Positions 35,282 to 47,450 of a stretch of DNA of 64,000 nucleotides are shown piece by piece. The position numbers were made by a program, and so were the translations under genes. Below the pieces are notes generated by a model. The model searched no databases and was not told the DNA's origin. It saw only the letters and a program-made list of their open reading frames with translations. Position 1 is the stretch's first letter, and each line of letters opens with the position of its first letter. The stretch comes from Macrostomum lignano (lineage: Eukaryota), in the NCBI GenBank assembly GCA_002269645.1, contig NIVC01000124.1, positions 62,001 to 126,000 on the forward strand. The letters are read 5' to 3'.

Positions 35282-37869
35282 TCATGAATAACGAGGCTGA
35301 CTATAGCCCCAGGCTCCTTGGTGGCCGGGATGCTGAAACCCGCCATGGAAATGCTGATTATGATGATGAGGCTGCTGCTGAGGCGGCATCGGCGGCTGCT
35401 GCTGAACATACTGAGGGTGGTGACCGTAAGGCTGGGGCTGCCGATGATAAGAAGCTGCGGGATGATGATAAAAATTCATTGATTGCTGGTGCATCTGCGG
35501 CGGAGGCGGCGGCTGGTGCTGAGGCTGGTGCTGGTGCTGGTAGTGCCCGGCTTGTGGCGCCCGCACCTTCTTCTCGTTCTGATCGGCGTAGCGAACCTGG
35601 GGAGATAATTAGATGTGTGTGAATTATTACACATATTGAAGGCCTGGCGGCAGAGTACAGATAGGGAAAGCTAATAGAACAGTCTAGGACTATCTAGAAC
35701 AGACAGCAGGATAATCACAAGGAAATATGACAGGCCAGGAAAGGAAGACGAAGAAGAGGCGAGACAGACAATACAGACAGGGAAGGAGAGGCAAGACAGT
35801 CAGGGAAAGACAGACAAGACAGACGAAAGGATAGACAAGACAGACAGGGAAAAACAGACAAGACAGACGAAAGGATAGACAAGACAGACAGGGAAGGACA
35901 GACAGGACAGACAGGGAAGGACAGACAAGACAGACAGGGAAAAACAGACAAGACAGACAGGGAAGGACAGACAAGACAGACAGGGAAAAACAGACAAGAC
36001 AGACAGGGAAGGATAGACAAGACAGACAGGGAAGGACAGACAAGACAGACAGGGAAAAACAGACAGGACAGACAGGGAAGGACAGACAAGACAGACAGAG
36101 AAGGACAGGCAAGACAGACAGGGAAGGACAGACAATACAGACAGGGAAGGACAGACAAGACAGACAGGGAAGGACAGACAAGACAGACAGGGAAGGACAG
36201 ACAAGACAGACAGGGAAGGACAGACAGGGAAAACAGACAAGACAGACAGGGAAGGACAGACAAGACAGACAGGGAAGGACAGACAAGACAGACAGAGAAG
36301 GACAGGCAAGACAGACAGGGAAAACAGACAAGACAGACAGGGAAGGACAGACAAGACAGACAGAGAAGGACAGGCAAGACAGACAGGGAAAACAGACAAG
36401 ACAGACAGGGAAGGATAGACAAGACAGACAGGGAAAATAGACAATACAGACAGGGAAGGATAGACAATACAGACAGGGAAGGATAGACAAGCCAGACAGG
36501 GAGGGATAGACAAGACAGACAGGGAAGGACAGACAAGACAGACAGGGAAGGATAGACAAGACAGACAGGGAAGGACAGACAAGACAGACAGGGAAAAACA
36601 GACAAGACAGACAGGGAAAAACAGACAATACAGACAGGGAAAAACAGACAAGACAGACAGGGAAGGACAGGCAAGACAGACAGGGAAAACAGACAAGACA
36701 GACAGGGAAGGATAGACAAGACAGACAGGGAAAATAGACAATACAGACAGGGAAGGACAGACAATACAGACAGGGAAGGATAGACAATACAGACAGGGAA
36801 GGATAGACAATACAGACAGGGAAGGATAGACAAGCCAGACAGGGAGGGATAGACAAGACAGACAGGGAAGGACAGACAAGACAGACAGGGAAAAACAGAC
36901 AAGACAGACAGGGAAAAACAGACAAGACAGACAGGGAAAAACAGACAATACAGACAGGGAAGGACAGACAATACAGACAGGGAAGGACAGACAAGACAGA
37001 CAGGGAAAAACAGACAAGACAGACAGGGAAAAACAGACAATACAGACAGGGAAGGATAGACAAGACAGACAGGGAAGGACAGACAAGACAGACAGGGAAA
37101 AACAGACAAGACAGACAGGGAAAAACAGACAAGACAGACAGGGAAAAACAGACAATACAGACAGGGAAGGACAGACAAGACAGACAGGGAAAAACAGACA
37201 AGACAGACAGGGAAAAACAGACAATACAGATAGGGAAGGACAGAAAAACTCAGAAATAGACCTCTCCCTAATGGAAAGATGCATATTTAAAAGAGCAACC
37301 AGAATCATATTTTCTATGTTTCCGCAGAAAAAAAACGGCTATTAATAAATATTGAACTAGTGTCACCTGTATTGGCAAAGAGTCCGAGTTAGGCCAGGGT
37401 TTCCCATTCATCGAATTCATAGCCTGCTCGGCAGACGACCTGGTCTCGTACAGACAGAATCCCACACCCCGACAAGCTCCATTGGGATCTAGCAGCGCTT
37501 TGCAATTAATAACCGATCCGTATTGATCCAGCACGGATTGCAGCGCTTCCTGAGTCAGCCAAGACGGCAGATTCGATAAGCGCAGCTTACAATTTCTAGT
37601 TTGATCGCTGCGCAATCGAGCAAATGCCACTTAAGCGTTTTATTGCCAACTTGTCGGCGATTGACAGCCGCAATGGCCTGGTTAGCCAGCTCTTGAGTGT
37701 CGTATTCGCAAAATCCGTAACCGTAGCTATAGCCTGTGGCGTTGTTGCGACAGATTTTTACAGATTTAACTCCGGGTACTTCGCTATCGAATATCTGTCT
37801 TAATTGTTCGTCCGTCATGTCTTGGGGTAGATAGTTGACAATTAAGTTTGTGTCGGAGTATTGAGCCAT
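35282..37869 (-). CDS. Sex-lethal/ELAV-family RNA-binding protein with two RRMs and a Q/H/P-rich tail; exons 37869-37367 and 35596-35282; apparent 1-nt deletion at about 37631
   Basis: RRM1 TNLIVNYLPQDMTD...TGYSYGYGF is Sxl-like. RRM2 LSNLP...RGVGF...LPIQ|VRYAD joins across a phase-0 GT-AG intron. 'aagtggca' lacks one G needed for K-V-A-F-A-R. A possible extra 5' exon lies at 42044-42011. Confidence 0.85.
35690..37252. repeat. 23-bp GACA-based minisatellite in the Sxl-like intron
   Basis: gacagacagggaaggacagacaa tandem copies. Confidence 0.96.
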
Positions 37870-37944
37870 GCTTAACTTTTTGAACACTGTTGTCTTGTTT
37901 TTAAGCTATTGCACTGGTATTTGTTGAATCAGAAATGTTTGAGG

Positions 37945-38830
37945 GCCGATGGTTAAGCCCGATTATTTGAAGGCCGATTGTTCAGCCTGTTATTTTTAGG
38001 CCGAGTGTTCAGCCTGTTTATTTGAAGGCCGATTGTTCAGCCTGTTATTTTAAGGCCGAGTGTTCAGCCTGTTTATTTTAAGGCCGAGTGTTCAGCCTGT
38101 TTATTTGAAGGCCGATTGTTAAGCCTGTTTATTTGAGGGCCGATTGTTCAGCCTGTTTATTTGAGGGCCGATTGTTCAGCCTGTTTATTTGAAGGCCGAT
38201 TGTTCAGCCTGTTTTTTGAAGGCCGATTGTTGAGCCCATTCATTTGAGGACTGATTGTACGGCCTGTTTATTTTAAGGCCGAGTGTTCAGCCTGTTTATT
38301 TTAAGGCCGAGTGTTCAGCCTGTTTATTTGAAGGCCGATTGTTAAGCCTGTTTATTTGAGGGCCGATTGTTAAGCCTGATTATGCGAGGGCCGATTGTTC
38401 AGTCTGTTTATTTGAAGGCCGATTGTTAAGCCTGTTTATTTGAAGGCCGATTGTTAAGCCTGTTTATTTGAAGGCCGATTGTTAAGCCTGTTTATTTGAG
38501 GGCCGATTGTTCAGCCTGTTTATTTGAGGGCCGATTGTTCAGCCTGTTTATTTGAAGGCCGATTGTTAAGCCTGTTTATTTGAAGGCCGATTGTTCAGTT
38601 CGTTTATTTGAAGGCCGATTGTTAAGCTTTTTTATTTGAAGGCAGATTGTTCAGCCTGTTTATTTGAAGGCCGAGTGTTCAACCTGTTTATTTGAAGGCC
38701 GATTGTTCAGCCTGTTTATTTGAAGGCTGAGTGTTCAGCCTGTTTATTTGAGGGCCGATTGTTAGGCCTGATTATTTGAGGGCAAATCGTTCAGCCCATT
38801 GATTTGAGGGCTGATTGCTAAGCCTGTTTA
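37945..38830. repeat. 28-bp minisatellite (ttatttgaaggccgattgttcagcctgt)
   Basis: About 31 copies. Confidence 0.94.
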
Positions 38831-41067
38831 TTTAAGGGCTGATTGTTTTTTAGTATATTAAAAAATATTTTAAAAATATCTATATATTTCAGCATATTTC
38901 AGAGTCTGCTATGTATAGAGCTAAAGCACAAATTTGTGCACCAAGTCCTACATTTTGTTTATTGAAATATTAGCATATAAATATAATAGAGCACTAGTAC
39001 ACAGTAATACTAAGAAATCTAGTAAAATTCAGATTAAATGAAAAATTAAAACAATGAATCAATTTTTGTTGCTTTTTAGACCTTTTTAAATTTAAAAATC
39101 CATTTTATTTTAGTTCACATTGCAAATTATCAAAAATATAGGCTAAAACTTTGCAATAAAGTGCTATTTTAAATTTCAGCTATTTGTTTACTTTACTAAG
39201 ACAAAATTATCTAATTGACATACATTAATCAATTAGCCTATGCCTTGAAAAAATTGTCTAAAACATATTTCATGTAGGGTATATGTAAATTATACATTTT
39301 AGGTAACCTGTTATAAGCTAAATCTTTTTGATCAGCTTTTGCTATGCACTAAATCAAAAAGTTGAGCACATTTTTTATTTATATGCACTAGAATTATCTG
39401 TCATAATGTATACCTTCTTGAATATGACAGTGGGTTAAGGACTTGCTGATTCCCACAGCTCTTGCTGCTATCTAAACTCGCCCCAATGCAACCATGCCTT
39501 TTCCTTCCATTTCTTACTCTTTGGCAAAGAAGTTGTATTCCATACTCTAGATTAGTAGTTCTCAACCTGAGGGTTGCATGACCATTTTCTGTGGGTTGCA
39601 ACACTAAGAAATATGAGTATATCATACTTAATGATGCATTTTATTGATTATAAAAGGGGTTGTAAACATTAAAAATTAGGGTTGCCTGAAAAAGGTTGAG
39701 AACTACTGCTCTACATTATGTAGTACATGCCCAAAAATGGGTATGCATTGGCCTTGCATGCCAAAAGTTAAGCATGCACAATTGACATGCATGACTCAAA
39801 AGAAAATAGTGTGCACGCATTCCTGGCATGTACTTGATAGAATCAGGGAGAAAAGTTAGTGTTAAATAGAAAAATAAGATTAAAAGGTCATTTTCAAGCA
39901 TTAATTTCAAGCTCTCCAATTTTGAGCTCATAATAAAGTATTTAAATAGTTTTTTGAGTATAGCTATTCCCCATATAATTATAAATAGTAATAAGCAAGA
40001 AATATAATATAATAAGCAAGAAAGAAAAATGATCAACCAAATTATCTGTTAAAAGGGTCTTTTATACAATGCAAAAAAGGTCATTAACATTCAAAAAGCA
40101 AAAATGTCATTTATTCTTGCAATACTAGTCTAGATTTGAGAGTATGGGTATGCATTTAAACTTTTTTAGCATCTATTTATTACTATTCAATTTTGTTCAA
40201 GTGTGCACCTAGCATGATCTAGACTATAAGTTATATTGCCCTTAGACATACAAATCCTAAGTATAATAGAACATGCAAACTATGCCACCTATAGACCTAT
40301 CACCAAGTATATTGAATGACTAGACAAAGACAATAAATATAAGTATTAACCTTTAAAAAGAAAAACATTTTTCCAATTTTTCTTTTTTGAAAAAGCTTTA
40401 CTTGCTTTCAATAGAAAACTATCTTAGTATTAAAATATTTGGTATTGCTATATCTAGCATTGGAGTGTCTTGCTTTTGACCTAATTAAGTTATTAAGGTT
40501 TTCAAATTCAAAGCAAATTAAGATTCTTATAGTCTATTTATTTATGTAAGCTCACTTAGTTTATCTATGTTACGGGGCCTATCTAGGCCTACTAATTAGA
40601 AATATCAAACTAGGCCTAAGTATCAAAGAAGGAAAGCCTAGGCCTAGTCTAGTCCTAGCTTACTTAATATATAAAATAATACATATCCATTACATATAGG
40701 CCTAACATACCTTCATTAAAGATTGAAAGATTGAAATGAAACATTTGAATGCCTAGCCTCTCTCCTACTATTTCTTTTAAAAAACATTATTACAAAGGCT
40801 TAGCTAGATTGGCACATGACTAAGACTAAAACAACCATATACCAAGAACACCATAGCTATTACTGGCTACTGGTATTGAGGGGGAGCTACTAATCTTCTA
40901 GCACTGCTATTCCTTTCATAGGTTCCTTTCTCATAGCCTTGTCTTGCTACTTGCTAGTTCTCCTATCCCCTCATCTTCTCTCTAGCACTAGGCCTATCTA
41001 GGCCTAATAACACATTGAGCCAAATTTCTCCCCTAGTTCTCCTAAATGTGGTGGTCTTGGTGTGTGG

Positions 41068-41649
41068 ACCTTTTAAACTTTGTCCAACTTGGAATATTCC
41101 AACCATTATTTTAACTTGTGATATGGTTAAATTATGAGTCAGAATAAGGGGAATAATGGTCGGAATATTATGACTCTTAGGCCTAATTCCAACTAATTAT
41201 TTAATATATTGCAATTAGAGTTTAAACATCATTCTGGCTTTTATTTTGACTGATTATTTAATACATTGCAAGAGTCTGAATATTATTCCAACTCTTAATT
41301 CTTGCTGATTGTTAAATATATTGCTAGAGTCAAAATATCATTCTGACTCTTATTTTGACTAATTAAATTTATTCATTTAATAGCCTATACTGCAATTATA
41401 ATTGACTATAAGTATCATTTAATCATTGCAATATATTTAATAATCAGTTGGAATAAGTCAATAAGATTCATAATGATACTCTTGCAACATATTAAATTAT
41501 AAATTAAATTAAATAAAATTATTAAATTAAATCTTTACATAGGCCTACTTGGAATATTCCAACCGTTATTCTGACTTGTAACCACATTATAAGTTGGAAT
41601 AATGGTTGGAACTTGGAATATTCTGAGTTGGACAAAGTTTAAAAGGTTT
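41068..41649. mobile_element. AT-rich MITE with 22-bp TIRs
   Basis: accttttaaactttgtccaact (41068) and agttggacaaagtttaaaaggt (41626-41647). GTGTGTGG occurs on both sides as a probable 8-bp TSD. Internal inverted ggaata/tattcc modules. Confidence 0.75.
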
Positions 41650-42309
41650 GTGTGTGGTGGTCATGGTCTACACCACTGATTTTTAGGCATATATTTTTAT
41701 TCCTAGGCCTATTAATGAGGTATTTTCAGTTTCCAAATAAAATACAATGTTTTGAAGGTTATTATTTACTAATAAAAATGCTTCAAAGATCAAGTATGCC
41801 CAATATTCAATACCTGATGCTATGCTATGCTATGACTATGAGTAGGCCTAAGGCAAGCCTAAGTAAGTCTAACTGACTGCTGACTCTAACAGTATGATTT
41901 TGAAAATTGGTAAAAAGTTTTACTTAATGTTTTTGAAATGTGGTTGCGAGAAGCAGGCCGGTAGGCCTGGATTGATTATTATTTTAATATACATGGTAGT
42001 CCCTAATTACCACCACGATTGTCGACCGACTCGTCAGTCGTCATGATGTCTCGACTGGGATCGGGATCGTCCATCGTCCATCAGACAATTTCTATCCTCT
42101 TTCTAGCAATGACAACTAACTATTTGTTTACTTACAATATATTTTAAAATAATACTGAGTTGTAGTCTAATAAAGCAAAAAGAATGGTAATGTCTTTCTA
42201 AACCAAGTTAAAATCAAGTTACTTTGTTTATTCCCATACAGTTATTTTGCACAAGTAAAAAAGGCTGACTAATTTCAATTTTTACCAAAACCAAAATAAA
42301 TTAACTTGG

Positions 42310-42570
42310 AGCCTCTTCACGGCAATCGATTCCAGAACCAGAATCGGTTCGGATTTCCAAGAAAAAAAGCAGTATAACTATTTAACTTTGTTGAATGTTC
42401 GAGTGCCCTAACAGCATCACTTTGCACAATTTTTCACTTTCTTCTTGGCTATTGCCATTCAATAATCAAAGTATTAAAGCACTAATATCCCTCTAGTTAT
42501 GGAGACAAAAAGTTAAACTTTACAAATTGGTTCTGGTTCTAGAACCAGAACAAGCAATATGAAGAGCCTC
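42310..42570. mobile_element. Possible short MITE with imperfect TIRs
   Basis: gagcctcttcac ... atgaagagcctc (10/12 inverted match), with subterminal agaaccagaa motifs. Confidence 0.4.
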
Positions 42571-43151
42571 TTGGTGTAAATTATATATTGATAGTTAGCT
42601 CTAAAGACGTTTGACTGACTTTGTTGCATTATTTTAAATTGAGTTAGCATCGAGTTAGTATTCACAATTAATACTAATTAATATATTAAAATTCTATAAT
42701 ACTATTAATAATAATTGTAAAGTCTATTTTGATTGATAACCAAATTTACCTGATTAAGATTTAAATTATAATTTATCTAAAGACAGCGCGAGCGTAAATT
42801 ATATGAGATATGCCTGATTTTACATGTTGTTCTTGCGATCTCGAATTTCCATATTCATCATTTGGAAAGCAGGCTAGATTTTTAAAGGCATCAATGGAGT
42901 AAGTGCTACTACATTTAGTTATAGTATGCTCTATCAGAACTGAATGAATCGAATTGAATGACTTTATGACAGCATTATTTAGCAGCACTTTGTTTTAGCC
43001 TAATATATCCGCACATACAACTAGAAGCAAAAACAAAACTACAATATATGCCCCATGGCATGGATGGACATTTTATTTATCGCATTGTGTAAAATTTGGG
43101 TCTCTTTGGTGAATGGTTCTTTTTTTAACCGTTAGCCTTGCTAATCGATTG

Positions 43152-43587
43152 CATAGGCGTCGGAACGGGTGGCCAGTGGGGCCATGCCCCCTCACTTTTT
43201 AAAATGGGGGGGGGGGCAGTAATGGTATCTGGCCCCCCACATTTTAAATGTATAATGTAGACTCCTTGCTGCTTTGCATGAATGCATTTTGCTGCAGGGC
43301 GACAAAACATAGCGCCTGCAGCGCCAAAATGAGTGCCTGTAGCGCCAAGATGAGTGCCTGCAGCGCTAAAATGTGGGTCTGCGGCGCTAAAATGAGTGCC
43401 TGCGGCGCTTTATAAAATGAGTGCTGATCGACAAGACGGATTCTGAAAATAATCGGTACATGATAATGTGCATTTTCCATCTAAAAAAATCTAACTCGAC
43501 GGGGGCGTGCACCCTGTGCGCCCCCCCCCTAAATCCCCCACTGAACCTGCCCCCCACCCCACTTTTTGAAACGTTCCTACGCCTATG
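43152..43587. mobile_element. hAT-type MITE containing a short GGCGC-type array
   Basis: TIR cataggcgtcggaacg...cgttcctacgcctatg. Perfect 8-bp TSD ATCGATTG at 43144-43151 and 43588-43595. Confidence 0.9.
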
Positions 43588-43830
43588 ATCGATTGCTTGG
43601 AGCTGTTTTCATGCTTAAGTTTGACTTCTATGCATCATCGAATGGGGATTTTACATGCCTAGCCACAGTTTTTGTTTCCTCATATCTACTTGGTACTCCA
43701 TCGAAGTATGCAGGTACATGTATTTCTTCTACATGTATCATATAATAATATAGCTGAGATAGTTGGTAAATTTTACTTTTGTTCTTTACATTACGATTCA
43801 TTTTAAAGTCAGACTCGTAGCATGCAGATG

Positions 43831-43967
43831 CAGTGGCGTGGCGCAGTAAGTGGGCCCGCGGTGAGACAACCCCCCCCCCGAAATTCCGAAGAAACCCCTC
43901 TCATTACACCCCTCCTCCAGGTGCTGATCATGCCCCCCAGCGAAAAAAATTCCTGGCTGCGCCACTG
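43831..43967. mobile_element. Short MITE-like element (cagtggcg...cgccactg)
   Basis: 8-bp terminal inverted match and a C-tract interior. No TSD found. Confidence 0.45.
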
Positions 43968-44110
43968 GTGGTAGCATACTGCTACTATTAGTAGAACTAA
44001 CAAGAATAATTTGTGGTGTTTTTAGCAGAAACCAGAAAAAGATTTGCAGAATTATATCCTTCAAATTAAAATGTTATAGCGTTTGATCGAAGTGCTCACT
44101 TTTATTTTAG

Positions 44111-44550
44111 ACTTCTGGAGGATTGCTATCTTCTCAAGGATCCTGAAACTTCTGAAGGTAGCAGCTGTATCATGGTCGGTGCAAACTGCTCTGTTTGTAA
44201 TAGAAGCGTTTGTATGCAAAGTGTAAGGCATAATAAATATACCAATCATTGTGCAATAAAAGTTCTCAATGTTGATATTGACTGCTTTTATGATTATTTA
44301 TGTATTTATTTATGCATATAATGTATGAAATTCTCATTTCATCTACATTTAGGGTTGCTCCATTTTTTATGTTCGACGTTTCTGCCTCAGGTGCTTTGAA
44401 GATCGCATTGACGACTTCCCTGCTGAAGTTAAACAGGTACGTGTTTATTATCTGATATTATTTGCTCAGGTTTTCCCTTTATGACTCGTATTCCACTGGA
44501 ACATTTCACTTAAAACATTGCAGGACTTCAGGAAACGAAAAGACAATTAA
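44111..44550 (+). CDS. CDPF1: Cysteine-rich DPF motif protein (CDPF1-like); exons 44111-44222, 44353-44436, 44524-44550; first exon not identified
   Basis: LLEDCYLLKDPE...VGANCSVCNRSVC|GCSIFYVRRFCLRCFEDRIDDFPAEVKQ|DFRKRKDN* matches recalled CDPF1 (LLEESYVMKDPF...CSLFYSKRFCLPC...FPQEIRQDL). GT-AG sites and phases are consistent. Confidence 0.8.
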
Positions 44551-45019
44551 TAAACACAGGATCTCATGCAGAATGTACTGTAAGCAATTATGTATTAACG
44601 TGGATGTGTAACCACATGATATTACACGTTATTATAGGTAGTCATTTTGCAACGCGATTGTAATTTACTCGTATATGAACAATTTGGAAATGTATCATCA
44701 TAAATTAAAACTTTCTTTAACATAAAAATACATTTTTTACAATTGCAGTGCATCTGATTAATTCACTAACTTCTTCCATTATTTATTAAAATTGAATTTT
44801 AAATTGTTGTTTTAAACAATAAATTTACTTTGATGAACGTCACATCAAAATGAAAACGTGCTGGTACCCAATTGGCATCACGGAAAATCTGCTAACATAA
44901 TCTAAGAGTGTTTAAATAACACAGATCCATCAAGATTACAACTTTTTAGACAGCTAGATAGAGTGCTGAAGAGGCCTCATTGACAGTAATATTTTATTTC
45001 TTCCCTATAGTGTACACAT

Positions 45020-45992
45020 CAAAATGAACCCGAGGGCCGAGAGTTTCTGCGCGCCTCTGGTGTATCGCTGGTCAGGTTCAGCGCCGTCTTCTTCTTGCGG
45101 CCAGTCAGGGCGTTGATTGTGGGCCAGACGTGCCGATTCCGTTGGTCGAGCCCCGCAGAGGTGACGCTTCGAATGGCATCGTCAACAGCGGCTTCCTGCC
45201 GTTTGGTGCAGGCGTCCGCCAGGGTTTCTCGGCCTCGGCCGACGGTCGCCTGGTCCGTAGCAGCCTCTCGACTGTCCGCCTCGCCTCCTGAACCTCCTTG
45301 TCATTCGCCCAGACCGGGATCGAGACTATACGGGCTGCAGGTTTCATCAGAGGCAGCGTCTTGCTAGCTGCCGTCGCCACTGCCGCGCTTATTTCGGAAT
45401 ATACATGAAGTTGCCAGTGCTCGCGGACTCGGCGGCGAAGATAGGTGAACCAGCCGCGGGTGCTGGAGCCTGTAGAGCGTGTACCGGGTGCGAAGGTTGC
45501 AGAAAAGCGGGCAGTGGTCCGGATCGGAAGGACAGCGGGGCCATCGTGTCGCAGGCTGTCACCCGTCTGATTTCGCGGTAGAGAAATAGAATGTGGTCGA
45601 GCTGGGCCCGGCAAATCGTCGCGTTTCAACGTGCGTTCCCCTTCCTTCGCTTACAGCCGGCAAAGGTTGCCAATCTAAAAGCTGGCGTTACGGCCTCGCA
45701 GCCTCACATCCACACACAGCAGCCGACGTGACACAGCGACACACCAGACACTCCGCTGCAACCGTGTCCGGCTAGAGCGCCGACTGCTCCACCTCCTCGA
45801 ATATCCGCAGAGGTGAAAAACAGGATCCAGCCGGCGCCGAGATCCTCACGTTAGAAGCCGTCTTGCGTCAGAACTGACACCTCTAGCATTACAATGTCCA
45901 GCTGCAGATCCGATGCCAGCTGCGCCAGCATTCTCCTCCTCCAAGCAGATTTAAGAGTGCGACAGTTGATCGAGGTGGCAATTCTAAACACG
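45020..45992 (-). pseudogene. Decayed non-LTR retrotransposon (LINE) fragment: APE-like endonuclease and linker, truncated before RT
   Basis: FRIATSINCRTLK...LQLDIVMLE...GGGAVG...SRRLLCVDV (APE endonuclease) and VWPTINALTGRK (EN-RT linker), with stops and frameshifts. Confidence 0.72.
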
Positions 45993-46769
45993 CTCCCTGG
46001 TACAGCTACATCAATCACAATCCCTAGCCTGACTTTGTCTTCATCATTCCCTGGGACAATTACATAAATTGTCTTGCTCTTTTCTTGCTGACTTTCATGC
46101 CAAACTTTCTTGAAATTCTGTCCCGTTTCGTTGTCAGTTCCAGGAACTATTCTTCATCTTTACCAAATGCGTATACATGTATAGCTATGGCAATTTGAAC
46201 TTAAGAAAATTGTTGCTTTTTCCCTCCAGGAGCTGTTTCAGTTAAAATACAGTAGTTTTATAGCAAACCAGCACGAAACCAAAAAAAACAGCAGCTCCAG
46301 ACGACGAATCGAAAGAGAGTTTACGCATTTGTGCACGTTTCGCGCGACACTGCATGCAGTCTGATCATATCTCCAGCTCGAGCTGTCAGTCAAAGATAGG
46401 CAAACTGGCAAAATTCAGAGTTCTGTGCTCTTGTTGCTTTGCAGACAGTTGCTTTTTTAAGCATTATATTTATGTATTACTGGGCCTTGGTGGCGATAAA
46501 GACCAGTTCATACTGCAGCTACAGAACAAAATGGTGCAGTTGGGGACCCCCAGAATTGCACGGCTGATAAGGAACTAGCTACTTCATGATAGGCTTCATG
46601 CATGGCAACTATTATTGAGGACAGCTCAACACAACAGTAGCTTCTGTGTGTGTGTGTCCAAGCAATGTTTTATAGGCTTTAGCTAATGCAGTCTATTTGC
46701 TTTTATATAGACTGCATTTATATAGTAGCTATAAAATAATAGTAAAAATAAAAATAATTGATTACACCT

Positions 46770-47059
46770 TTAGGGCAGGTTGTGCAACCGACAGCTCAGC
46801 CGCAGCTATTGCGCAGCGCATCTGAAGGCTGCGTACGGCTGTTCAGTCCAAGGACTGCTGGGGGGTCGCCACACATCCTCAATTACCCCAGCTAATGCTG
46901 GCACCCATTTTACAGCTGGGTGAACTGAAGCAATGCAGAGTTAAGTGTGTCTTGCTCAAGGACACAAATTGTTCCGATCCGAATGGGGTCGGGAATCGAA
47001 CCCCCGATCTCCGAGTCGTGAATCCGACAAGGCTCTTAACCAACTAGGCTACTACCCCC
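46770..47059 (-). mobile_element. tRNA-derived SINE with a CORE-like domain
   Basis: Minus strand: A-box TAGCCTAGTTGG, B-box GGTTCGATTCC, then gtgtccttgagcaagacacacttaactc...ctgtaaaatggg resembling the CORE consensus (gtgaccttgggcaagtcacttaac...ctgtaaaatggg). Confidence 0.75.
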
Positions 47060-47450
47060 AACCGGTATAAAAGTATATAAAATAGCTAATTTGATTATAT
47101 AGTGTCAGTATAGTAGTGAATTATTTTCAGTTTGCAGTATATAGCAAGATAATACCGGCTGGATCAATGAAATCAATTGATTTACACCAGCAAAAAATCA
47201 ACGACTTTATTGGCCTAATTAATGTTTCAAAGGATATACAAGTATATAAATAAAAGTTTGGCATGACTTATTTAATCGCTTATAAAAAAAGCGACCTAGA
47301 CATGCAGGACAAGAAACAAGTGTTATACTGACTTAGAACAAATCAACAATAAGCTTTTTTCAACGGCGGTTATTAAAACAAACAGAGATGATTCTATTTT
47401 GAAATTTTGTTGACTGCAACTCCGCATATACTGTCTAAATGATATGCAAT

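Noticed and set aside
35284-35622. + strand 112-aa Ala/Asp-rich ORF
   Set aside because: Antisense shadow of the Q/H-rich last exon of the Sxl-like gene.
35690-37308. ~500-aa Cys/Leu-rich ORFs
   Set aside because: Translation of an intronic GACA-based minisatellite.
43050-43760. Possible ORF restored by removing the 43152-43587 MITE
   Set aside because: The frame hits TAG at about 43133-43135, before the insertion site, so no continuous CDS results.
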